From NCBI GenBank assembly GCA_047602405.1, contig JASGHJ010000001.1:2112001-2176000 (forward strand): DNA of 64,000 bases, read 5' to 3'. Numbering within the stretch: the first letter of the stretch is position 1; each line of letters opens with the position of its first letter. The notes beneath the pieces are model-generated. The model did not search any database. It was not told the origin of the DNA and saw nothing but the letters and a program-made list of their open reading frames with translations. Of the stretch, positions 9,905 to 19,813 are shown piece by piece. Position numbers and translations under genes: made by a program. Source of the DNA: Anaeromyxobacteraceae bacterium. GTDB taxonomy: Bacteria; Myxococcota; Myxococcia; Myxococcales; Anaeromyxobacteraceae.

Positions 9905-10411
9905 TTGGAGTTCACGCTCGCGGTGTTCGGTGAGGCAGGGGAGCTGCAGTCGGTCGGCCGGGTGACCGGCGAGGGCCTCTCGGCGAAGTGGCTCGACGCG
10001 TGCCGCGCGCTCCTCGACGAGGGCGGCGGCCAGTTCGACGTGAACTGGTCCGGCCCGCTCGAGCACGTCCGCACGAAGCTCACCGCCGCGGGCGGTGGCG
10101 CGATGGTCACCTTCGGCGTCCACGACCAGCCCGCCGTCTCGATGTTCCTCGCGACGGGCAGGGACGCGAGCGCCGAGGCCGAGGTGCTCCGCTCCTGGGT
10201 CGACTCGCTCCGCGCGATCGAGTTCGTGCAGCGGAACACCAGCCGGGAGGCGCCGTTCGCCGAGGCGCTCACGCTCCCGGAGCGCCCGCTCGCCGTCGCC
10301 GTGCCGTGGGGCCACACCGGCGTGGGCGAGGAGGACGCCGACCTCGTGCGCGAGCTCGCGATGCACCTCGCGAGCGCGTTCCTCGAGGAAGCCGCGCGGC
10401 CGCTGGCGTAG
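9905..10411 (+). CDS. Hypothetical protein
   Basis: 3' part of the 8213-10411 frame reads as a normal protein; TTG at 9905 after AGGAG RBS. Confidence 0.6.
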   Translation: MEFTLAVFGEAGELQSVGRVTGEGLSAKWLDACRALLDEGGGQFDVNWSGPLEHVRTKLTAAGGGAMVTFGVHDQPAVSMFLATGRDASAEAEVLRSWVDSLRAIEFVQRNTSREAPFAEALTLPERPLAVAVPWGHTGVGEEDADLVRELAMHLASAFLEEAARPLA

Positions 10412-10415
10412 GGCC

Positions 10416-10919
10416 TCAGCCCAGCACCCGCTCCAGCACCGTCACCCCGCGGTCGAGCCGCCCGGCCTCGCCGAAGCCCATCCGCTCCCAGAACGCCCGC
10501 GCGCCGGGGTTCTCGTCGCCCACCGACGCGCGGAGCGTGCGGTAGCCGGCGGCGGCCAAGGCGTCGGCGAGCACGGTCACCGTCTCGGCGCCGTAGCCCT
10601 GGCCCTGGCAGGCCTCGCGGAACAGGAGGAGCCCCACGTGCGCGTCGCCCGCGCCAGGGTGATCGAGGTGGAGGTCGAGCAGCCCCGCGACCACGCCGGC
10701 CCGCGGCAGCACGAGCAGGTGCACCCGCCGCGCGGGATCACCCTCGGCGTCCTCGAGGAGCCGGGCGGCGTGGTCCGGCGCGGCGGGACCGCCCCCGGTG
10801 AGCTCGAAGTAGCCGGGCGCGGCGTCGAGGCAGGCCTGCAGCGCGGGCGCGTCGGCGGGCCGGGCGCGCGGCGCGCGGAGGCGCGGACCGTCGAGGGGGC
10901 CGAGGTCGCGGCGGCGCAC
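10416..10919 (-). CDS. GNAT family N-acetyltransferase
   Basis: QGQGYG acetyl-CoA motif and NPGARAFWERMGF. Confidence 0.85.
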   Translation of the reverse strand: MRRRDLGPLDGPRLRAPRARPADAPALQACLDAAPGYFELTGGGPAAPDHAARLLEDAEGDPARRVHLLVLPRAGVVAGLLDLHLDHPGAGDAHVGLLLFREACQGQGYGAETVTVLADALAAAGYRTLRASVGDENPGARAFWERMGFGEAGRLDRGVTVLERVLG

Positions 10920-10922
10920 GCG

Positions 10923-11657
10923 CTAGCCCAGGAGCCAGGTCTGCGCGTCGGGGTGCTCGAGCGTCGGCACGACCCGGTCCGCCCCGGTCGCGGCGAGCGC
11001 CTCGACCGTGTAGTTGCCGGTCGCGACCGCGAGCGCGGGGCACCCGGCCGCGTGCGCGGCCTCGACGTCGCGCGGCGTGTCGCCCACGACGAGGCACTCC
11101 GCCGGCGCGACGGCGCGGCCCAGGCGCGCGGACGCCCGGCGCACCGCCGCCTCGACCACCCGGCGACGCTCCTCGCCGTCGTGCGCGAACCCGCCGATCG
11201 CCTCCGGGTGCCACTCGAACCAGCGATCGAGCCGGCCGCGCGCGAGCTTGTGCCGCGCGCCCTCGAGGACGTTGCCGGTGCACAGGCCGTACGGCCGCCG
11301 GCGCCCGGCGAGCGCCGCGAGGAGCGCCTCGACCCCCGGCAGCACCGAGAAGCCGTGGCGCGCGGCCGCGTCCGGCGCGGCGGCGAGCTCGCGCTCGAGG
11401 TGCGCGACGTAGCGCGCGAGCACGGCGTCGCAGGCCGCGTCGTCGAACGGGTGGCCGAGGAGCTTCATGCCCTCGCGGACGATGAGCCGGTCGGTCATGC
11501 CGTCGAGCCTGAGCGCGGTGAGCGCGGCCTCCGCCGTCGCGGTGGCGGTCCGGCAGTGCTCGACGAGCGCGCGGTTGATCGAGCGCCGCCCGGCGCCGGC
11601 CGCGTGGATCAGGGTCCCGTCGATGTCGAGGAGGATGACGGCGAACCGGGAGGTCAC
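10923..11657 (-). CDS. HAD-superfamily hydrolase
   Basis: LLDIDGTL motif I, CTGN, VVGDTPRDV motif IV; GTG start at 11657 just after ftsY. Confidence 0.88.
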   Translation of the reverse strand: MTSRFAVILLDIDGTLIHAAGAGRRSINRALVEHCRTATATAEAALTALRLDGMTDRLIVREGMKLLGHPFDDAACDAVLARYVAHLERELAAAPDAAARHGFSVLPGVEALLAALAGRRRPYGLCTGNVLEGARHKLARGRLDRWFEWHPEAIGGFAHDGEERRRVVEAAVRRASARLGRAVAPAECLVVGDTPRDVEAAHAAGCPALAVATGNYTVEALAATGADRVVPTLEHPDAQTWLLG

Positions 11658-11674
11658 TGGCGCTGGATTCCCGC

Positions 11675-13066
11675 TCACGCGAACAGGGCCTCCACGAACT
11701 CGGAGGGATCGAAGGGCCTGAGGTCCGCGACCGTCTCGCCCACGCCGACGTAGCGCACCGGGAGCTTGAGCTCGTCCGCGATGCCGATCACGACGCCGCC
11801 CTTCGCGGTCCCGTCGAGCTTCGTGAGCACGATGCCGGTGACGCCGAGCGCCTCGTGGAACTGGCGGGCCTGGGCGATGGCGTTCTGGCCGTTCGTGGCG
11901 TCGAGCACGAGCAGCACCTCGTGGGGCGCGCCGCCGGCGGCTTTCCCGATCACCCGCTTCACCTTCTTGAGCTCCTCCATGAGCGGCGTCTTCGTGTGGA
12001 GGCGGCCGGCGGTGTCGCAGAGCACGACGTCCACGCCGTCCTGCGCGCCCTTCTGGACGGCCTCGAAGCAGACGCTCGCCGGGTCGCCGCCCTCCTTGCC
12101 GCGGACGATGGGCGCGTCCACGCGGCCGGCCCAGACCTCGAGCTGCTCGCCGGCGGCGGCGCGGAAGGTGTCGCCCGCGCCGAGGAGCACCCCGTGACCG
12201 GCGCCCTTCAGCTTCGCGGCGAGCTTGCCCACGGTGGTGGTCTTGCCCGAGCCGTTCACGCCCACCACCATCACGACCCACGGCCGCGCCGCGCCGACCA
12301 CCGAGGGGCCCGCGCCGACGCCGTCGAGGGCGAGGATCCGCTGGATGTCCTCGCGGAGCGCCCCCTTCAGCTTCGCGGCGTCGGACACGTCCTTCCGCCG
12401 CACCTTCTCGCGCGCGGACTCGAGGAGCTTCGTGGCGGTCTTCACGCCGATGTCGGCGGTGAACAGGACCTCCTCGAGGTCCGCGAGCACCGCCTCGTCG
12501 ACGGCCTTGCCGCCGCCGAGGAGCGCCGAGAGGCGGGCCATGAACCCGCCGCGCGTGCGCTCGAGGCCGGCGGCGAGCGTCTTCCCCGCCTCGGCCTGCG
12601 CCTTCCTGCGCTCCTCCTCGAGGGCGCGGGCCTTCGCCTCGGCCGCCTCGCGCGCCGCGCGCGCGGCCTCCTCGCGGGCGCGCTGCTCGGCCTCCTCCTG
12701 CTCGCGCCGCTTGCGCTCCTTCTCCTGGCGCTCCGCCTCCTTCTTCTGGCGGTAGGCCTCCTTCTTCTCCTCCTCGCTCTTGAGCTCGGCTTCGACGCCG
12801 CTCACCCCGAGCGCAGGCCCGCGAGACGGGCCGGCGTCGAGGGGCGGCCCGGCCGCCTCGGGCGGGAGCCCGGCCTCGCGCTCCAGCTCGCGCTCAATCT
12901 CCTCTCCGGAGGGGGCCTTGCCGCCGGGGGCCGGCGGCGGCGCGCCGCCGCGGCGCCGGGCGAGCCGGAGCGCGGCGACGACCACGAGGAGGACCACGGC
13001 CGCGATGATCGCGAGGCCGACGGCGTCGTTCGCGGTGAGGGCCAGGACGAGAGGGTAGGCGAGCAA
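11675..13066 (-). CDS. ftsY: SRP receptor FtsY with N-terminal membrane anchor and charged linker
   Basis: GVNGSGKTTT, DTFRAAA, DTAGR, TKLDGTAKGG motifs. Confidence 0.96.
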   Translation of the reverse strand: MLAYPLVLALTANDAVGLAIIAAVVLLVVVAALRLARRRGGAPPPAPGGKAPSGEEIERELEREAGLPPEAAGPPLDAGPSRGPALGVSGVEAELKSEEEKKEAYRQKKEAERQEKERKRREQEEAEQRAREEAARAAREAAEAKARALEEERRKAQAEAGKTLAAGLERTRGGFMARLSALLGGGKAVDEAVLADLEEVLFTADIGVKTATKLLESAREKVRRKDVSDAAKLKGALREDIQRILALDGVGAGPSVVGAARPWVVMVVGVNGSGKTTTVGKLAAKLKGAGHGVLLGAGDTFRAAAGEQLEVWAGRVDAPIVRGKEGGDPASVCFEAVQKGAQDGVDVVLCDTAGRLHTKTPLMEELKKVKRVIGKAAGGAPHEVLLVLDATNGQNAIAQARQFHEALGVTGIVLTKLDGTAKGGVVIGIADELKLPVRYVGVGETVADLRPFDPSEFVEALFA

Positions 13067-13091
13067 GGAGGGCTCCGGGCGAGGGCCGTTG

Positions 13092-13121
13092 GATATACGG
13101 ACGCCTCCGGAGCCCTGTCAA
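13092..13121 (-). promoter_or_regulatory. Possible sigma70 promoter of ftsY
   Basis: Minus strand TTGACA-18 nt-TATATC just upstream of ftsY. Confidence 0.45.
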
Positions 13122-13131
13122 CGCGGGACTG

Positions 13132-15424
13132 TCACCGTCCGGTGGCGGCGACGTAGATGTCCTCGCCCCAGACGTCGCCGGGGGCGACGTTCGCGCCCGT
13201 GCGGAAGGCCACGTACCGACCGTCCCCGCTCACGACGGCCATCCAGCCGCCCGCGGGCTCGAATCGGGGTCCCGGTGCCCTTGAGCGACACCCGCCGCGT
13301 GGCGGGCGTGCAGCCGGAGGCCACGCCGGCGCAGGTGTCCCGGACGTACGCGTGGCCGGCCGTCGCGGCGACCCCGCTCACGAGGTTGGTCGCGTTCGAG
13401 CGGAAGGCGACAATCCGGCCGTCCGCGCTGAGCGAGGCGAACTGGCTGCTGCCCGCCGGGACCGCGCCGTCGCTCCCCACCGAGACGAGCGTCGTGGACG
13501 GGGTGCAGCCGGAGGCCCCGAGGCAGGTGTCCCGCAGGAACACGTCCTGCGCGCCGTTGGCGTCGCCGGGGACGAGGTTCGTCGCGGTCGAGGTGAACAC
13601 GACGAACCGCCCATCCGCGCTCACGCCCGGCAGGTGCTCTCCGCCGCCGTTCCCGTTGAAGCCGCTCCAGCCGTCGGGCTGGGCGCCGTCGGCGGCGAGC
13701 GAGACGCGCAGCGTGGTCGGCGCGCAGCCGGCGTCCGCCCCGAGGCACGTGTCGCGGAGGTAGACGTCGCTGCCGCCGTTGGTGTCGCCCGGGACGAGGT
13801 TGGTGGCGTTCGAGGTGAACACCACGAACCGCCCGGTCGCGCTGATGGAGAGCGGGTAGGCCGAGCCGCCGTTGCCCTGCGCGCCGGCCGCGGTCAGCGA
13901 GACGAGCTGGGTCGAGGGCGTGCAGCCCGCGCCGGCGCCGATGCAGGTGTCGTGGAGGAACACGTCCACCTCGCCGTTCGCGTCGCCCGCCACGACGTTC
14001 GTGGCGGCGCAGGAGAACGCGACGCGGCGGGCGTCGGGGGTGATCGCCGGGGCCGAGCAGGTGCTGTCCGCGGATCCTCCGCCGACGCCCCGGGTGACGA
14101 GCCGGGTGGCCGGCGTGCAGCCGGGGCCCGCGCCGACGCAGGTGTCGCGCAGGAAGACGTTGGTGACGCTCGTGCCGGGGATCGTGTCGGCGGTCAGATC
14201 CTGCGCGTAGGAGGAGAAGACCACGTGGCGGCCGTCGGCGCTGATGCCCCCGAGCAAGCACTCCTGGCCGGACGAGCTCCCCGAGAGGTTGGCGGACACG
14301 AGCAGCGTGTCCGGGGTGCAGCCCACGGGCGCCCCGAGGCAGGTGTCCCGCAGGTAGACGTCGTACTGGGTGTTCGTGTCGGCGGCGACGAGGTTGCTCG
14401 AGGTCGACGAGAACGCGACGAAGCGGCCGCTCGCGCTGATCGCGGCGTCGGGGCTGTCGCCGTTCCCGGAGGTCCCGTCGGGCTTCACCGAGGCCCGGGC
14501 GACGACGCCCACGCCCGGCGCGGCGCCCGTGACCGCGAGGGCCCGCGGGCTCGAGGTGCCGCCGCCCGGCGCGCCGTTCATGACCGTCACCTGCACGCTC
14601 GCCTCGGCGGCGACGGCGTCGGCCGGGATGGCCGCCGTGAGGCGTGTCGCGCTCACGTACGTGGTGGCGCGATCGGCCGCGTTCCACCGTACGACGGAGG
14701 AGGGGACGAAGCCCGAGCCGTCCACGGTGAGCGTGAAGGCCCCGCTGCCCGCGGCCACGCTCGTGGGGCTCGTGGCGGTCACGGTCGGCGCCGGGTTCTC
14801 GACGGTGAAGACCTTCGCGGTCGAAACGGCGCCGCCGGGGTCGGGGTTCGCGACCGTCACCTGGGCGGTCCCGGCGGCGGCGAGGTCGCCCGCGGCCAGG
14901 GTCGCGGTGAGCTCCGCCGCGCCGACGAAGGCCGTGCTCCGGGTGGCGCCGTTCCAGCGCACGGCGGCGCCCGGGACGAACCCGGCGCCCGTCACCGTCA
15001 CCGTGAGCGCGCCCGCGCCGAGCACCGCGCTCGCGGGGGCGCAGGCGGTCAGGGTGGGGATGGGGTTCTGGAGCGCCAGGGAGGCGGGGCCCGAGCTCAC
15101 GCCACCCGCGCTCGCCGTGACGAGCACGGAGGTCGGGTCCTGGAGCGTGACCGCGCCCACGGCCGGCGGCGCGTAGAGGCCGCTCGCGTCGATCGTCCCC
15201 AGGGCGGCGCTGCCGAGCGGCGTCCCGTTCACCGCCCAGGCGAAGGGGCCCGCGCCGCCGTCGCTGCGCGTGGCGGTGAACTGGACCGGGGCGCCGCCGA
15301 GCCGCGCGCTGCTCGCCGCGCCGGTCACGGTGATCGTGACCTCCGCCGGCGGCGGGGTGGAGCCTCCGGAGCTGCAGCCGAAGAGCGCGCAGGATGCGCA
15401 CAGCGCCAACCCGGTGTTCCTCAT
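13132..15424 (-). CDS. Lipoprotein with Ig/IPT-TIG domains and a TolB-like beta-propeller; frameshift near 13262
   Basis: Lipobox ALFG-C; two IPT-like domains; six ISADGRxVxF / RDTCxGxxxGCTP repeats, with a seventh blade in another frame ending TGA at 13132. Confidence 0.8.
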
Positions 15425-15742
15425 GGTGCCCTCCCGTCTGGACGTCACCGAGCGTAACGAGCGGCACCCCGCAGGGGGAGCGGGCCTTCGGGCAGCGCCG
15501 AAGCGCCGCACGGTGAGGCCGTGTGTCGCTGCTCTTGCGCGGCGCGACGTCGCCCCCGCCTCCCTCCTCCCGGGGATGGGCCCGGCCCATGAGGCACCTG
15601 CGACAACCCGTTGCGGGTGTCCCGGTGCGTGCGCACCGTCGAACCCGCCAGCCGACGTCTGAGGAAGGTCCCTCCAGCCAACCCCGGGACGAGCGCTCGA
15701 CCGCGATGCCGGGGAGGGCGGCAGGAGCCCGGGTCGGAGCCG

Positions 15743-18700
15743 ATGATGACCCGCTCGTTCACCAAGGTCTCACCCCTCGCCGCCGCGCTCGCGATCTCGA
15801 GCTGCAGCGCCGACCCCACCCGTGTGTTCGTGGAACGCACCGCCGAGGCCTCCTCGCCCGGCCTCCTCGCCGGCTACGGCTTCGCGGAGGGCGCCGGCGC
15901 CACGACCGCGGACGCCTCCGGAAACGGCCTCACCGGCACGTTCGTCGGCGGGGCCACCTGGACCACGGGTCGCACCGGGTCGGGCGTCTCCCTCGACGGC
16001 TCGAGCGGCTACGTGAACCTCGGCAGCCCCGCCGCGCTCTCGCTCACGGGCAGCCTGACCGTGTCGGCCTGGGTGTACGAGAGCGCCAACGTGGCGGACG
16101 ACGGGATCATCGTCGCGCGGTCGAGCGGCATCGGCGGGTGGGAGCTGAAGTCGAGCCCCGACACCGGCACCCGCACCTACGCGCTCGGCCTCTACACGAC
16201 GACCGGCGCCTACCTCGCCCGTCACGCGAACTTCACCCGCGCGCTCGACACCTGGTACCACGTGGCCGGCGTCTACGACGCCGCCGCCCGGACCCTGCAC
16301 GTCTACGTGAACGGCGTCCTCGCGGACGGCCCGCTGCGGGGCGTCGCGGTGCCCTCCTCGATCGGCGCCACCTCGGTGAACGTGAACATCGGCCGGCGCG
16401 CGGCGGGCTTCTACCTCCGGGGCACCATCGACGACGTGCGGATCTACGGCCGGGCGCTCACCCAGGCCGAGATCCAGGCGGACCTGGCCTCGCCCGTGAG
16501 CGCGGGCGGGACCTCCGGGGACGTCACGCCGCCGACCGTGGCGATCACCGCGCCCGCGGCGGGCGCCTCGGTCTCCGGGAGCGTGGCGGTCACCGCGAAC
16601 GCGGCCGACGCGGGGGGCGTCGCCGGCGTGACCTTCCTCCTCGACGGCGCGCCGCTCGGCGCCGAGGACGTGACCGCGCCCTACGCCGTGACCTGGAACA
16701 CCGCCACCGCGGCCCCCGGCACGCACGTGCTGACGGCGCGCGCGCGCGACGCGGCAGGCAACACCGCCGTCTCGCCGGGCGTGTCCGTCACGGTCGCGAG
16801 CGGCACCCCCGCGGGCACGGTGCTCGTGAACGGGGGCGCCCCCGCGACGGCGACGAGGGCGGTCACGCTCGGCCTCACGTCGAGCGGTCCGGTCACGCAG
16901 ATGCGATTCTCCAACGACGGCAGGTCGTGGTCGACCGCCGAGCCCTTCGCCGCCACGAAGGCCTGGACGCTCACCACGAACGACGGCACGAAGACCGTCC
17001 GCGCCCAGTTCGGGTCCGCCGGCGGCACCTGGTCGGCGACCGCCTCGGACTCGATCGTGCTCGACACGACGGCGCCCACCATCTCCTCGGTGGCGGCGAC
17101 GAACGTGCTCGGCACGTCCGCGACCATCGGCTGGACGACGAGCGAGGCCGCGACCTCGCAGGTGGAGTACGGGCCGACCACGTCCTACGGGGCGGTGACC
17201 CCGCTCGACCCGGCGCTCGTCACGACGCACCAGGTGGCGCTCGCGGGCCTCTCGCCGTCCACGCCGTACTTCTACCGCGTCGTCTCGGCCGACTGGGCCG
17301 GCAACACCCGGACCAGCGCCGGCTCCTCGTTCACGACGGCCGCGGTCGCCGACCAGACCCCGCCGAGCGTCCCCACGGGCCTCACCGCGACCGCCGTCGA
17401 TGCGCAGCGGATCGATCTCGCCTGGGCCGCGTCGACCGACGACCGCGGCGTGGCGGGCTACGACGTGGAGCGCGACGGCGCGACCGTCACCTCCGTGCCC
17501 ACCCCCCGGTTCTCGGACACCGGCCTCCAGCCCGGCTCCACCCACGTCTACGCGGTGAGGGCCTTCGACGCGGCGGGCAACGCCTCCGCGTGGTCGTCCG
17601 GCGCGACCGCCACGACGCCCGCCGGCCCGGGCGTCGCCACGCCGACGCTCGTCCAGCACGTCTCCTCGACGGTGAACCCCCGGGGCAACGGCGAGACCGG
17701 CAACCACTTCGCGTTCACCCTCCCGAACCCCGTGCTGGCCGGCAACTGCCTCATCCTCGGCATCGCGCGGGAGAGCGGCGCCGCGTTCGCCGCCACGCCG
17801 GTGACCGACACGAACGGCACCTGGCCCACCGCGCCGGCCGCGTCGATCACCGACGCGAACCACAACGTGGACCTCGCGATCTTCGTCCTGCCGGACGCGC
17901 GGCCGGGCGCCCACGTGATCACCGTGCACTTCACCGCGCCGATCATCCCGTTCCAGTACACGGTGAGCGAGTTCCGGAACATCGCGACCACCTCCCCGGT
18001 GAGCGGGTTCGCCGGGGCGAGCAACGACGCCGCGCCCGCCATCGGCTCGGGCACGTTCACGCCGGCCAGCAACGACGCGGCGGGCGGCAACCTCGTCTGG
18101 AGCATGTTCTTCGACGACGCCAACCCGGGGTCCGGCAACGAGGTGACGGCCTTCACGGCGGGGCCGGGCTTCACCCTCCTGAACGCCAACATCATGTGGC
18201 ACCGGGTGGCCTCGGTGCACTCGGCCACCCAGTACACCGTGCAGCGCACCGCGGCCCCCATCTCCCCTTCGATGACGGCGCCGATGAGCCCGTCGAACGA
18301 CCCGTTCATCGGGCTCTCGATCGCCCTGCGCGCGGCGCCCGCCGGCACCGCGCCCGCCCCCGGGATCCGGGTCGCGAAGGTCATGCACCTCACGAACGAG
18401 ATCCCGCCCACGACGATGACGCTCCAGGCGCCCACGACCGGGAACACGGTGGTGCTCGTCACGCACGAGACCCCCATCATCGACATCACCTCGGTCACCG
18501 ACAGCGCGGGCAACGTGTACCGCAAGGTCCAGCCGGAGTCGGACGAGCCGCAGTACTGGATCGCGGGGAACGCGATCACCGGGCCGGACCTCGTCCTCAC
18601 GCTCCGGATCTCCGGGCAGGCCCAGGGGACCTCGATCCTCGTGTACGACGTCGAGGGGGCGGACCCCTCGCCCATCGGCGCCTCGTCGGGCGCCCCTTCG

Positions 18701-19027
18701 CGGCTGCTCGACCACGTGACCCGGACCGACGACTTCCCCGTCCTCACGCCGGGGCAGGCGCAGGGGATCACGTTCGCGGCCTGCACGCTCGGGCAGGGCC
18801 CCGAGCTCTCCCTCGCGTCCGGCTCGCCCGCGGGCGCGGTGGACGACTACGTGCACTACGCCGGGCAGACCGACACGTCGTTCATGGACAACGCCGATTG
18901 CCGCGCGCACGTCACGACCACCTCGACCGCGACGCAGCACTGGAACTGGAACATCACCGACCGGCCCGCGAACTCGGGCTCGGCGACGGCGGTGCACCTC
19001 ACGGGGCCGGTGGGGGCGGCGCCGTAG
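15743..19027 (+). CDS. Large secreted lipoprotein with LamG, Big/Ig and FN3 domains
   Basis: Lipobox AISS-C; WYHVAGVYD...IDDVRIYGRAL (LamG), DVTPPTVAITAP (Big), DQTPPSVPTGL...YAVRAFDAAGN (FN3). Confidence 0.85.
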   Translation: MMTRSFTKVSPLAAALAISSCSADPTRVFVERTAEASSPGLLAGYGFAEGAGATTADASGNGLTGTFVGGATWTTGRTGSGVSLDGSSGYVNLGSPAALSLTGSLTVSAWVYESANVADDGIIVARSSGIGGWELKSSPDTGTRTYALGLYTTTGAYLARHANFTRALDTWYHVAGVYDAAARTLHVYVNGVLADGPLRGVAVPSSIGATSVNVNIGRRAAGFYLRGTIDDVRIYGRALTQAEIQADLASPVSAGGTSGDVTPPTVAITAPAAGASVSGSVAVTANAADAGGVAGVTFLLDGAPLGAEDVTAPYAVTWNTATAAPGTHVLTARARDAAGNTAVSPGVSVTVASGTPAGTVLVNGGAPATATRAVTLGLTSSGPVTQMRFSNDGRSWSTAEPFAATKAWTLTTNDGTKTVRAQFGSAGGTWSATASDSIVLDTTAPTISSVAATNVLGTSATIGWTTSEAATSQVEYGPTTSYGAVTPLDPALVTTHQVALAGLSPSTPYFYRVVSADWAGNTRTSAGSSFTTAAVADQTPPSVPTGLTATAVDAQRIDLAWAASTDDRGVAGYDVERDGATVTSVPTPRFSDTGLQPGSTHVYAVRAFDAAGNASAWSSGATATTPAGPGVATPTLVQHVSSTVNPRGNGETGNHFAFTLPNPVLAGNCLILGIARESGAAFAATPVTDTNGTWPTAPAASITDANHNVDLAIFVLPDARPGAHVITVHFTAPIIPFQYTVSEFRNIATTSPVSGFAGASNDAAPAIGSGTFTPASNDAAGGNLVWSMFFDDANPGSGNEVTAFTAGPGFTLLNANIMWHRVASVHSATQYTVQRTAAPISPSMTAPMSPSNDPFIGLSIALRAAPAGTAPAPGIRVAKVMHLTNEIPPTTMTLQAPTTGNTVVLVTHETPIIDITSVTDSAGNVYRKVQPESDEPQYWIAGNAITGPDLVLTLRISGQAQGTSILVYDVEGADPSPIGASSGAPSRLLDHVTRTDDFPVLTPGQAQGITFAACTLGQGPELSLASGSPAGAVDDYVHYAGQTDTSFMDNADCRAHVTTTSTATQHWNWNITDRPANSGSATAVHLTGPVGAAP

Positions 19028-19041
19028 GGGCCGCTGGCCGC

Positions 19042-19797
19042 TCACAGCCCGCTGACGAGCCGCGCGAGCGGCACCCGCTCGCCGAGGCCGTACCGGAGCT
19101 CCTGCCCGGCCTCGACGGGCGCCTGGGTCGAGAAGAGCCGATCCCACCAGGGGAAGAGCGCGCCGAGGTTCTTGCCCTGGTGCGCTGGCTCCACCGAGTG
19201 GTGGATCGCGTGGTAACGGGGCGTGACGATCGCGCCCTCGAGCCACGCGGGGTGCGGGCCCAGGTTGAGGTGCATCCAGTCGTTCTTCAGCCCGGCGAAC
19301 CCGAGCAGGAGGAGCCCGAGCCACCACGGCGCGCCGCCGAGCAGCGGGAAGAGCCCGAGGTACGGCAGGCCCACGAGGAGGCGATCCGGCAAGGACTGCC
19401 GGTTGCCCGCGAGCCAGCTCATGTGCTCCGGCGCGTGGTGCCACCGGTGGAACCGCCACAGCGGCGCCGTGTGCATGAGCCGGTGGACGCCGTAGTGCCC
19501 GAGGTCGGCGAGCACGAGGTAGAGCGCGATCCGGAGCGGGAGCGGCAGGGCGAGGACCGCCGCCGGCACGAGGAGCGGCGGCACGACCCGGTAGGTGATC
19601 CAGTCGGACAGCGGGATGGTGACGAGGAAGAGGAAGAGGGAGGTCGCGAGGTCGGCCCGCCAGACCGCGCGGAGCGGCAGGTCGCGCGCCGGCCAGCGGC
19701 GCTCGACGGCGTACCAGCCCGCGAGGCGCACGAGGAGGAGCGCGCCGAGCGGGACGTACGGCCACTGCTGGAAGAGGGCGGCGAGCTCGTGGCGCAC
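19042..19797 (-). CDS. Sterol desaturase / fatty acid hydroxylase family protein
   Basis: His boxes HRLMH, HRWHH, HAIHH; TM segments. Confidence 0.85.
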   Translation of the reverse strand: MRHELAALFQQWPYVPLGALLLVRLAGWYAVERRWPARDLPLRAVWRADLATSLFLFLVTIPLSDWITYRVVPPLLVPAAVLALPLPLRIALYLVLADLGHYGVHRLMHTAPLWRFHRWHHAPEHMSWLAGNRQSLPDRLLVGLPYLGLFPLLGGAPWWLGLLLLGFAGLKNDWMHLNLGPHPAWLEGAIVTPRYHAIHHSVEPAHQGKNLGALFPWWDRLFSTQAPVEAGQELRYGLGERVPLARLVSGL

Positions 19798-19813
19798 GGG
19801 GTGGCCCGCGTCG

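Noticed and set aside
15425..15742. Riboswitch or SRP RNA in the divergent intergenic region (GAACCCGCCAG...GGAAGG)
   Set aside because: Only short fragments resemble c-di-AMP riboswitch or SRP motifs and spacing does not fit; an Rfam cmscan would settle it
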